NCBI GenBank assembly: GCA_036961455.1
Contig: JBALVN010000001.1
Coordinates: forward strand, 403,337 to 467,336
Direction: 5' to 3'
DNA from: Halioglobus sp.
GTDB taxonomy: Bacteria > Pseudomonadota > Gammaproteobacteria > Pseudomonadales > Halieaceae
DNA length: 64,000 bases
This document shows positions 1 to 8,039 of this stretch, in pieces. The notes under the pieces were generated by a model. That model worked only from the letters and a program-made list of their open reading frames with translations. It had not been told where the DNA came from and did not search any database. Position numbers and translations under genes: made by a program. Every line of letters begins with the position of its first letter. Positions within the stretch are counted from its first letter, which is position 1.

Positions 1-915
1 GCTGGGCAGCCAATAATGCGATTTATGGATACGCGCGGTCTGGGAGAGGTGGATTATGACCCCGCTGAGGACCTGGCTGCCTTAGGTGAGACAAGCCACA
101 CGATTCTGATAGTCATGCGCCTTAGAGATCCGGAACAAAGCGCTGTTATTGAGGCCTTGAGAACGATTCGAAAAGCAGCTACTCGTCTGCGTAAAAGTGA
201 CGCTCTGCTCGTTTTTACCGGTCTCGAAGAAGTAAGTGATGAACGTGATAGAAATAGGCTAATTGAAGAGAGGCGGGGCCAGGTGAGCAAGGCCTGGGGT
301 AGCGCTATTGACCACTGCCTGACTGATTTTCATGAGGGAGAGAGTCTTGATCAATTGGCCGACTCCGGAGAAGCGCAGTTGCGCGAAATGTTGGCTGCAC
401 GCCTGCCAGATATCGGTCTTTGGCTTAGTGCCTGTGAACACGGTGATACAGAGAAAGCGAATTTCGATCAACTCAGTTCTGAGGTCTTGTGGTACGCAGG
501 TGCCGCAGCGGGGAGCGACGCGATCCCTCTTGTCGGTCTAGTAGGCGTTCCTGCTATTCAGGGCAAGATGCTACATAGCCTGGCTGGCAAATACGGTATT
601 GAGTGGGATAAAAGAACGTTTTTGGAGTTTACCGCAGCATTGGGATCTGGGTTCGCCCTCAGCTATGCAACCAGTCATGGCGCTCGTCAGCTGGTTAAGT
701 TAATTCCCGGTTACGGCCAGATAGCTGGTTCTGCTTTTGCGGCGACGGTGAGCTACGGCGTCACCTATGCGTTAGGCAGAGCTGCGTGCATGTACCTATA
801 CCACCAGAAAACGGGTACACCTCTGAATAGCGAAGGGCTAAAAGATGTGTTCAAGGACGCTATGTCAGCGGGTAAGTCCGCCAGTAAGGACATCCAGCGA
901 GATCAAGACGTATGA
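1..915 (+). CDS. GTPase-associated membrane protein with DUF697-like C-terminal domain (5' end probably cut by window edge)
   Basis: The ORF opens at the window edge with DTRGLGE, which looks like a GTPase G3 DxxG motif. The C-terminal half (GSDAIPLVGLVGVPAIQGKMLHSLAGKYGI...) resembles the DUF697/YcjF-type membrane domain. The ATGA overlap with the next gene suggests translational coupling. Confidence 0.6.
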   Translation, partial: AGQPIMRFMDTRGLGEVDYDPAEDLAALGETSHTILIVMRLRDPEQSAVIEALRTIRKAATRLRKSDALLVFTGLEEVSDERDRNRLIEERRGQVSKAWGSAIDHCLTDFHEGESLDQLADSGEAQLREMLAARLPDIGLWLSACEHGDTEKANFDQLSSEVLWYAGAAAGSDAIPLVGLVGVPAIQGKMLHSLAGKYGIEWDKRTFLEFTAALGSGFALSYATSHGARQLVKLIPGYGQIAGSAFAATVSYGVTYALGRAACMYLYHQKTGTPLNSEGLKDVFKDAMSAGKSASKDIQRDQDV

Positions 916-2456
916 GAGAAATACTTCATCGGTTACTAGCTGATCGAGCACTACAGTTCTATTTCTTCGCCACATTGACCATTCTTATACCGGCTTTAGT
1001 CCTTGGCGTTTTAGGCCTCGCTTATATTTGGCGTGAAGGTTGGTTTCTCTGGTTTGGTTTGGGCATGTTTACGCTGGCGAGCATATCAACGATTCTGCGC
1101 TTGCTGTTGATGCGAGATCAGCGAGAAAAAGTAGAAGAGGAATTAGACGAAGAATTCGAGCACTTGTCTCCTATTGCCGATTGGTCGAAGCATGATAATG
1201 AAGTCTGGCGGTTGTCGCTGAAAAATATCAGCGAGCGTGATTTAGTCGAAACGCCATGGCCTGATATTTGGGATGCGATGTTGCTGCAAATCGCTTTTGT
1301 TGCCCAGACCTATAATAAGAACGAAAAAGACGCGCGGCTTGCCTTTACCGTCCCTGAAGCGCTGTTGATGCTGGAAAAGTGGAGTCGAGAGTATCGTCCT
1401 CTCGTGCTTGAAAATGTTCCCCTTGTGCAAGAAGTTCGTATTTCTACGATGGTCTCTGGTTCAAGGGAGTTTGAAAAATGGAACGCCAGGTACAAGAGTA
1501 TCAAACCGTTGGTGGATGTAATCAGGGTGGTGGTTTCGAAGGGCGTGGCCCTTCCAAGTGCTATTGCCTCAACGCTCGCATCGGAGTTTGGAGGGCACCT
1601 GACAAATCATATGCAAGGCAACCTGAAACAGCTGCTGTTTGAGCAAGTATCTCAAGTGGCTATCGATTTATATAGCGGCCGCCTCAAGCTTTCAGAGGCC
1701 GAATTGGCCTTATATCGGAAGGGAATAGCCAAGCCAGAGTTAACAGAAATCAATCCACTGACTGTGATGTTGGTGGGTCAGGTTAACGCGGGAAAATCTT
1801 CTTTGATAAATGCGCTTAGCGACCAGTGTGTTGCTGAAACTGATCTGCTGCCAGCTACGGATGGGTTCGCTCGCTATCGCTTAACGTTATCCGAAGGCCT
1901 GGAGATCGATCTTGTAGATTCTCCTGGTCTCGATGGAAAAGATCGAATTTCAGATTTGTTATTGGACCAAGCTGTTAAAGCTGACCTTTTGATCTGGGTT
2001 AGCCAGGCGACTCAACAGGCAAAGTCACTTGATAGGGGTTTGATAGACCAGTGGGATGCCTACTTTGATAAGGAGTTAGGCAGGAAAAAACCGCCAATAT
2101 TATTAGTTACCACACACAACGACATGCTTCCTCCTGTCTCCGATTGGAATCCCCCTTATGATCTCGAATACATAGAGAGTCCTAAGGTTGAGTCGATGCT
2201 GGGTGCTTTGGCCTATACCAGGCAAGCGTTGGGTTTGGATAAGAACTCCCCGGCGGTAGCCATTGCGTTACCTCAGGACGATTTCTATAACGTAGATATG
2301 CTAAAGGACGTACTTAATATTGTTAGTGAGGAGGGTCGGGCCGCGCAGTTGAATCGCGAGCGTGTTGATGCAGCATATAGCGCGCCCGTTGTTCTACGTG
2401 GATTGAAACAGGCAGGAGCGGCTTTAAAGTCGAGCTTGGCTATCGCCTTTCGGTAA
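912..2456 (+). CDS. membrane-anchored P-loop GTPase (N-terminal 2-TM region, C-terminal G domain)
   Basis: G1 is GQVNAGKSSLINAL, G3 is DSPGLDG, and TTHND is G4-like. Two hydrophobic helices occupy residues ~15-65. The start overlaps the upstream stop by 4 nt (ATGA). Confidence 0.7.
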   Translation: MREILHRLLADRALQFYFFATLTILIPALVLGVLGLAYIWREGWFLWFGLGMFTLASISTILRLLLMRDQREKVEEELDEEFEHLSPIADWSKHDNEVWRLSLKNISERDLVETPWPDIWDAMLLQIAFVAQTYNKNEKDARLAFTVPEALLMLEKWSREYRPLVLENVPLVQEVRISTMVSGSREFEKWNARYKSIKPLVDVIRVVVSKGVALPSAIASTLASEFGGHLTNHMQGNLKQLLFEQVSQVAIDLYSGRLKLSEAELALYRKGIAKPELTEINPLTVMLVGQVNAGKSSLINALSDQCVAETDLLPATDGFARYRLTLSEGLEIDLVDSPGLDGKDRISDLLLDQAVKADLLIWVSQATQQAKSLDRGLIDQWDAYFDKELGRKKPPILLVTTHNDMLPPVSDWNPPYDLEYIESPKVESMLGALAYTRQALGLDKNSPAVAIALPQDDFYNVDMLKDVLNIVSEEGRAAQLNRERVDAAYSAPVVLRGLKQAGAALKSSLAIAFR

Positions 2457-2554
2457 CATGAGCGACTTTCGGGTGCCCATCGTTCTGCACTTTTCAGATT
2501 GCGAGCTATGCTTGTATTGATAGGAAATCAAAAGATAGGTAGGAGACTAGTGGT

Positions 2555-3052
2555 ATGGAAGCGAAAGATGCCAAGTTAGAACTTTTAATACTGGAAGGTG
2601 AAGTACTGAATCTGGATCAGATCGATGTTGTGACAAAGATGATCAATAAAGGTCTGTCTCAGGAAGTTGTCACGCGACTCGAGGAACTCTGGGACTACAC
2701 GGTGATGATTGGCGAGAAGCTCGTTCATCTCGGGAAAATCATAATTAACAAAATTCTGGGTTTTGTAGACGCCAACGTTCACCTTGCTCTGGGTGTTGCT
2801 ATCGGCGCTGCCGTCGGTTCGCTGATTAATATTATTCCTGTTTTTGGACAGCTCCTTGCGCCATTATCGGTTGCTCTCGGCGCTGTAATTGGTGGCGTGG
2901 CAGGCGCTCGATTAGATCGTGGCCAAGAGCCGGGTGATGGCGTTATCGGTATTACTCAAGAAGTGCTGCTGCTGGCGGGCAAGTTCTACGAATTCTTTGC
3001 CTCAATCATAAATACATTGGCAGAAGAGCTGGTCCCCGCTGAGTCCCGGTAG
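2555..3052 (+). CDS. small glycine-zipper membrane protein, unknown function
   Basis: AGGAG lies upstream of the ATG. The central segment is Gly/Ala-rich and hydrophobic (GVAIGAAVGSLINIIPVFGQLLAPLSVALGAVIGGVAGA). Confidence 0.5.
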   Translation: MEAKDAKLELLILEGEVLNLDQIDVVTKMINKGLSQEVVTRLEELWDYTVMIGEKLVHLGKIIINKILGFVDANVHLALGVAIGAAVGSLINIIPVFGQLLAPLSVALGAVIGGVAGARLDRGQEPGDGVIGITQEVLLLAGKFYEFFASIINTLAEELVPAESR

Positions 3053-3600
3053 TGAAGAGACTTAGCAAAGGGGAATATATTGAGGCGCTGGAGCGTCTCA
3101 AGAAAAGCCCGCGTGATCGCATTGGTATTTTGGGCGATCTCGGGGTGACCGCCATTGGGGCAATAGCGGGAAGCGCTGCAGCCGGTTCGGTAGCAGGTGC
3201 TGCCGGCGCGGCAACGTTAATGGGATCTTCTACCGCGGCGTCCATCCTGGGCGGCATTTTTGTGACGACAACTCCTCTAGGCTGGGTGGTGGGAACTGCG
3301 CTTGTTGGCGGTGCTGCTGGTTATAGTGTCTCCCGTCTCGTTCGCAGCGGCGGTAAAAGTGATGCCAGAAAGCACTCCTACATTCGGGAGCTTGAAAATA
3401 CGGTCGCTGAGCGAGCAAAGGAGCAAGTCAGCCCCACCGTTTCTGAAGCTGAGATTACAGCGGTAGTGAATGCTATTGAGGCGCTTATTCGCAGCGATAA
3501 GATTCCGCAAAGCTATGCTACTCGGTTGCTGGAGGCCATGCTCGCTCAAAAAATATCTGCTAATGATGCATTTTCGTTACTTCAGAACTATGAGAGTTGA
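3052..3600 (+). CDS. small glycine-zipper membrane protein, unknown function
   Basis: The GTG start overlaps the upstream TAG by 1 nt (TAGTG). The protein has a Gly/Ala-rich hydrophobic core (GAIAGSAAAGSVAGAAGAATLMG...GTALVGGAAGY). Confidence 0.5.
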   Translation: MKRLSKGEYIEALERLKKSPRDRIGILGDLGVTAIGAIAGSAAAGSVAGAAGAATLMGSSTAASILGGIFVTTTPLGWVVGTALVGGAAGYSVSRLVRSGGKSDARKHSYIRELENTVAERAKEQVSPTVSEAEITAVVNAIEALIRSDKIPQSYATRLLEAMLAQKISANDAFSLLQNYES

Positions 3601-3726
3601 CACCTATTTGCTGCCAATCTCGAGTTTAGTCAGGGAAGTCCAGTCATCTACCAGTAGTGACTTTAGTTATCCAAACATAGATATCTTCTCTTCTAATGAC
3701 TGCGTATACGTTCCTATTTTGGAACG

Positions 3727-4824
3727 CTAGGCGGCTACCTTTGTCTCAGGTGCGAGGATGAATATCCCGTCAACTGCATCTTCCAAGGGTAGTTGATGAA
3801 CTTCAGCATCAAACCTCGAAGGGGTAATCGAGTTATCCATAAGAAATCTGTATTGGGACTCATAGCCATCCAGAACTTCATTTCTCGAGACCAGGTTGTC
3901 CATGTAGGAGACCAGGTCTTTCTCTTTCTGATCGAGACCTTCGGAGAAAAAACTGCGAAGCCATGAGAAGCTGGGTTCCGAAAAACCAGACCTAAGTGAA
4001 TCTACCCATCCGTAACCGCGCTTTTCGTCGTGAGCAAAGTCCATCCATCCAGCTATTTTTGCTGAAGGTAAGATCTCCACGTAATTTTTACCAAGAAACC
4101 TTTCAGGATCATCTTTTATAATCATTTCAGTTGCTATCCGACGACTGCGTTCGCTCCACGCCTTTCGTCCCGTTTCGATCTCTGACACCGACTTGTCATA
4201 CATTTCAAGCTCTGCACTGCATCTGGCCTTCATAAGAAACGCCGTGCAATAGAAGTGCTGATAAGACATTGCTTCTAGCAAATCTGTTGATTGATCTAGA
4301 TGCTCCAGGTAATGCATAGCAGTCTGCCCCAGGGAGTCGCGCGATGAATGTAGTATGTGCGTCCTGTGCGCTAGATCTGCGGGAAGGGATGACAGCTCTT
4401 CAGCTGCAAAAAGCAAAGATGCGCGTCGACTGGTATCCAGAAAGTTCTTAATCCATACGACCTTTTTGTCGATATCTCTGATTTGGCTCTCGACGTTCTT
4501 TAGGCTGGAGTAAAGCGCTGCAAAACCAACCGCACTGACAGCTAAATTGAGCCCCGACATAGCCATGGTTGCTTGGCTCATGCTAACAAGCTCCTGAGTC
4601 GTTTTTGCGATGTCTCTTAGCTGAAAGGTGTTGACGATATCAAACGGTGCACTAAGCATACCTAATGGATTAAGTGGCGAAGTGACCGCGGGAACCAGGT
4701 GGCGAACGATCTGGCCGCCCGCACCCCTGATTACCCCACCGTGCACGGAATATTTCCCACTCAATACTCCCATCGCTACGGAGTCAGGTATGTTTCGCTC
4801 CAGGTTTAGAATGTCACCGATCAT
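3727..4824 (-). CDS. hypothetical protein with one predicted TM helix
   Basis: This is a 365-aa ORF in an AT-richer stretch. I recognise no motif in it. One hydrophobic helix is present (MAMSGLNLAVSAVGFAALYSSL). Confidence 0.5.
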   Translation of the reverse strand: MIGDILNLERNIPDSVAMGVLSGKYSVHGGVIRGAGGQIVRHLVPAVTSPLNPLGMLSAPFDIVNTFQLRDIAKTTQELVSMSQATMAMSGLNLAVSAVGFAALYSSLKNVESQIRDIDKKVVWIKNFLDTSRRASLLFAAEELSSLPADLAHRTHILHSSRDSLGQTAMHYLEHLDQSTDLLEAMSYQHFYCTAFLMKARCSAELEMYDKSVSEIETGRKAWSERSRRIATEMIIKDDPERFLGKNYVEILPSAKIAGWMDFAHDEKRGYGWVDSLRSGFSEPSFSWLRSFFSEGLDQKEKDLVSYMDNLVSRNEVLDGYESQYRFLMDNSITPSRFDAEVHQLPLEDAVDGIFILAPETKVAA

Positions 4825-4964
4825 TATTACGTTCTCCTTTGGAAGTTTCTTAACTTCGCCAATTTCTTGAAATGCTGGATGGCTTTATTGACGAGCTCGT
4901 GACGGCCATACTTGAGTGCACAATGTTCATCTCTACAGCGAGAATGAGCTATTTACATGCGTAA

Positions 4965-5321
4965 CTATAGTTTTTCTACGCAATAGTTGCCCGAGATTTT
5001 GTATCCCGCAGGGCAGGAGCCTTTCTTGTCGACAATGTGTGGGGCATTGTCTCGCCCTGTTCTCGATGTGCAGTAGTCGCCATTTGTGCGATAGCCCGAT
5101 GGACAGCTACCTTTCTTTTCAATTGCAGATGCAGTATCTGAACCAGCCCGGGGGGTACAGTAGTCCCCACTGACTTGATAGCCAGAAGGGCAGTGCTTCC
5201 CGCTACGGACTATTGGCTGTCCCTCGCTCGCCAAAGCAGAGACCGAGACTAGCGCAGCAATAGAGAGCGCAATCGCAAGGGATATCCATGTCATGTGTTT
5301 CTTGATCATTTCTTCATTCAC
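4965..5321 (-). CDS. secreted Cys-repeat mini-protein (3 x C-P-x-G-Y-x3-G-x-Y-C)
   Basis: There is an N-terminal signal peptide (WISLAIALSIAALVSVSALA). Three tandem units follow: CPSGYQVSGDYC, CPSGYRTNGDYC and CPAGYKISGNYC. Confidence 0.55.
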   Translation of the reverse strand: MNEEMIKKHMTWISLAIALSIAALVSVSALASEGQPIVRSGKHCPSGYQVSGDYCTPRAGSDTASAIEKKGSCPSGYRTNGDYCTSRTGRDNAPHIVDKKGSCPAGYKISGNYCVEKL

Positions 5322-5439
5322 CTATCGAAGCTATGTTGGGCAGACTATGGCCATATACTGCCCGAGATCTAGTTTAATTGCTGTGGCCAGAGGCGCCAAA
5401 GTCGTGACCACCGACGACAACAACCAGTTAGGCATTACC

Positions 5440-5692
5440 GGGACAGTTTACTTAATCCCTAGGGTGTATCGGTCCGTTCCATCAGACATATGTCAATTAG
5501 ACGACTTTGAGGTGTTGCAGGTTTAGCCTCCCGGGAGTGTGAGAGATTGCCGTTGTGACGCTTCGTGCGCATGGGCGATCCGGACGTCCCGCGGGCGATG
5601 ACGGTTTCGTCGAGCATTTGCAGTTTCTCACCGGCAAAGAGCTGATCAAGCGCAAGCCGGGGCCAAAGCGCTGTATTGAGTAAACTGTCCCC
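5440..5692 (+). mobile_element. 253-bp internally deleted (MITE-like) derivative of the RAYT element
   Basis: IR-L GGGACAGTTTACTTAA is at 5440 and IR-R TTGAGTAAACTGTCCCC at 5676-5692. The interior aligns to the left ~110 bp of the 10449-11262 unit and to its last 39 transposase codons (AHGRSGRPAGDDGFVEHLQFLTGK..IE*). Confidence 0.85.
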
Positions 5693-5733
5693 GTAAACCT
5701 ATACTTGCTGATAACCATCAGGAGTATCGTGCT

Positions 5734-6750
5734 ATGAGCAACCCGTTTCCTTCAGGCATCAGCCGTCGTCTTTTCGTTCAATCCGCCCTGGCCGCAGCGG
5801 TCATTCCCGCCTCCTGGGCGCAGGCTAATCCATGTCGCGGCCCTCAGCCAATACCCCCGGGTGACCTCCCCAAGGGTCCCTTCGGCGTAAGCAGCACCGC
5901 CGAGGAGGTTACAGCGGGCCTGGACCTCAGCGGCCGCAACGTGGTGATCACTGGCTGCAATTCGGGGCTGGGCTACGAGACAATGCGCGTGCTCGCCGCC
6001 AGGGGGGCGCACGTGATTGGTACCGCACGCACGGCGGAAAAAGCAGAGAAGGCTTGCGCCAGTGTGACCGGGAAAACGACACCCATGGTGCTTGAGCTGG
6101 GAAGCTACGATTCCATTCATGCCTGCACCGACGCCATTGGCGCCCTGGATATGCCGCTGGATGTCCTGATGTGCAACGCCGGCATCATGGCGCTGCCAGA
6201 ACTGAGGCTGATAAACGGGCTGGAGGCGCAGTTTGCGGTTAATCACCTTGGCCATTTCCTGTTCACCACCAATTTACTGCCCGCGGTAAAAAAGGCCGAG
6301 AATGCCAGGATTGTGATTCTCAGTAGCTGCGCCCACTTCCGCGCCCCGGAAACGGGTATTGAGTTCGACAACCTGGATGGCTCCAGGTCCTACGCGCCCT
6401 GGGTGGCTTATGGGCAGTCCAAACTCGCCAATGGGCTGTTCGCCGCTGAATTATCACGACGCTTCGCCGGAACCGGCATTACCGCCAATTCCGCGCATCC
6501 CGGCGTCATCAAAACGAATCTCGGTCGCTATATGGCCCCGAGAAAAGACGACCGCAAAGACGAGGATATTTACGACAAGGACACTGCCCAGGGAGCCGCC
6601 ACCCAGGCCTATCTGGCCGCACACCCTGCGCCCGCCAGCATTAGCGGTCAATATTTCGTCGACTGTAATCCCGCGCTTGCCAGCGAACACATGTATAACG
6701 AGCAATTGGCGGCCAGGCTTTGGGAGGTGTCAGAAGATCTGACCTCATAG
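5734..6750 (+). CDS. SDR-family oxidoreductase with Tat/Sec-type signal
   Basis: It has the TGCNSGLGYE Rossmann motif, the YGQSK catalytic YxxxK motif, and an N-terminal SRRLFVQSALAAAV signal. Confidence 0.85.
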   Translation: MSNPFPSGISRRLFVQSALAAAVIPASWAQANPCRGPQPIPPGDLPKGPFGVSSTAEEVTAGLDLSGRNVVITGCNSGLGYETMRVLAARGAHVIGTARTAEKAEKACASVTGKTTPMVLELGSYDSIHACTDAIGALDMPLDVLMCNAGIMALPELRLINGLEAQFAVNHLGHFLFTTNLLPAVKKAENARIVILSSCAHFRAPETGIEFDNLDGSRSYAPWVAYGQSKLANGLFAAELSRRFAGTGITANSAHPGVIKTNLGRYMAPRKDDRKDEDIYDKDTAQGAATQAYLAAHPAPASISGQYFVDCNPALASEHMYNEQLAARLWEVSEDLTS

Positions 6751-6758
6751 CTCCGGAC

Positions 6759-6833
6759 GGGGACAGTTGACTTAATTCCCCTGGTTCGTGGGTTCGTTTG
6801 TCAGCATCCCGGAGAACGCTATAGTTTCGTAGT
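6759..6833 (+). repeat. solo variant IR (GGGGACAGTTGACTTAA) fused to a 41-bp box (6793-6833)
   Basis: The variant 17-mer is at 6759-6775. The box TTCGTTTGTCAGCATCCCGGAGAACGCTATAGTTTCGTAGT recurs at 7993-8033 with 35/41 identity. Confidence 0.7.
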
Positions 6834-6854
6834 AAAAGGGGTCAGCGCCCTTTT
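6834..6854. terminator. hairpin AAAAGGG-GTCAGCG-CCCTTTT, likely bidirectional terminator
   Basis: A 7-bp stem is followed by a T-run on the + strand and an A-run/T-run on the - strand. It sits between convergent transcription units. Related copies lie at ~7690 and ~7757. Confidence 0.45.
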
Positions 6855-6975
6855 ATGTTGTTCTTGTGAACCTACCTAAACCGTCGGAAAGCATCGATGA
6901 GGCGCTACAGGGGTTGGCGCCTCCATGCTTACTGAGCGCCGGTCCCGACAGTGACCCCCGGTTGCTAGGAATTTG

Positions 6976-7152
6976 CTATCGCCATCTTCTCTGCGTGGAC
7001 AATTGTGCTCGCACAGACTCCGGGTCGTTCTCGATGCGCACCCTGACGGGCTCGGGACGTAATACTCGAAAAACTAAGTAGCCGACAGCGGCAAGTACGC
7101 CCAACCTGGTAAAAACGTAAGCTGAAACCATTAACGGGATATCGTTTTCCAT
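6976..7152 (-). CDS. candidate 58-aa single-TM small protein downstream of HiPIP (not in ORF track)
   Basis: Hand translation gives MENDIPLMVSAYVFTRLGVLAAVGYLVFRVLRPEPVRVRIENDPESVRAQLSTQRRWR*. A GAGG lies ~9 nt upstream of the ATG. It starts 48 nt after the HiPIP stop on the same strand. Confidence 0.3.
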   Translation of the reverse strand: MENDIPLMVSAYVFTRLGVLAAVGYLVFRVLRPEPVRVRIENDPESVRAQLSTQRRWR

Positions 7153-7200
7153 CTCATGTGCCTCAATAGTTGTAGTTTTGCTCTGGGAATTTCTTACGCC

Positions 7201-7503
7201 CTAGCCGGATTTTTTCACCCACGCGCTGCACCATCCCCCTCCGGCGACGTGCTTTGCAGGAAAAATTGCGCATGGCCCCCACTCTGTATCAGCGGGTGCT
7301 TGGAAAAGTTGGCAGTTTGAACAAAGCTTGTCGGGCTTTGGCGACTGGTGTACGTACGATAACGCTTTTGCCTGCGGATCCTGTGGATCTACTCTTGGCA
7401 CTTCGTTGGCAAGCGCTGGACGCGTGCTCGCGATAATGACGGGAGTTAGCGCGACTGCGACGGCGGTTGATTCCAAGAATTGACGGCGATTGTATTTTTT
7501 CAT
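7201..7503 (-). CDS. hip: high-potential iron-sulfur protein (HiPIP) with Tat signal
   Basis: The start is MKKYNRRQFLESTAVAVA (twin-Arg). Four Cys occur in the HiPIP pattern CSNC...C...C(SAW). GGAG lies 7 nt upstream of the ATG at 7503. The longer 7581 start in the ORF track is unlikely. Confidence 0.85.
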   Translation of the reverse strand: MKKYNRRQFLESTAVAVALTPVIIASTRPALANEVPRVDPQDPQAKALSYVHQSPKPDKLCSNCQLFQAPADTEWGPCAIFPAKHVAGGGWCSAWVKKSG

Positions 7504-7685
7504 GGCTAACTCCAGTGTTGGTTTAAGATATCTACGTGTCGATTTGCGAAATAGATTAGAAGCAGAGTTGTACAGAGGCATCCTGGCTAACCGCGCGTTT
7601 GGTGAGCAAAAAATAAAGAGCGTTAAGCCAAGTGTGGAATATCTGAGGTGTTCACATTTTGTGCAGCTTGCAGTGGCCGATGACG

Positions 7686-7819
7686 GCTTTAAGGGGTCAG
7701 AGCCCTTTTATGGATTACGGGGCCAGTTCACTTAATTCTTGGAGTGTCTTGAGCTTTAAGGGGTCAGAGCCCTTTTATGGATTGCGGGGCCAGTTCACTT
7801 AATTCCTGGAGTGTCTTGG
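7686..7819 (+). repeat. 67-bp tandem duplication (2 units, 3 mismatches), each with a hairpin plus a variant IR GGGGCCAGTTCACTTAA
   Basis: The units are 7686-7752 and 7753-7819. The variant IRs are at 7719-7735 and 7786-7802. Confidence 0.85.
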
Positions 7820-8033
7820 GTCGTCCCATGAGATATGACTTAATCCGATGACATTGAGCATTGCCGTTGTAGCCTCCCGGTGCTGTGACAGATTGAAGTC
7901 GTGACGCTTCGTGGCCGGTTGATAGATATGCCAACCCGCCAAAACCTGCCTTATAACGATGACTACCAACCGCTGCCCGCCAAAGGCAGGGCTTCGTTTG
8001 TCACTATCCCAGAGAATGCTATAGTTTGGTGGT
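7786..8033 (+). mobile_element. degenerate left-end fragment of the repeat family, ending in the 41-bp box
   Basis: Positions 7786-7910 align with the left ~130 bp of the 5440 copy (..TAGCCTCCCGG.GCTGTGA.AGATTG..GTGACGCTTCGTG). No right IR is present. The fragment ends in the box at 7993-8033. Confidence 0.6.
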
Positions 8034-8039
8034 CAATGG

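Noticed and set aside
4955-4978. GTAACTATAGTTTTTCTACG as a third copy of the 41-bp box.
   Set aside because: Only the 9-mer CTATAGTTT matches. That is too short to tell from chance.
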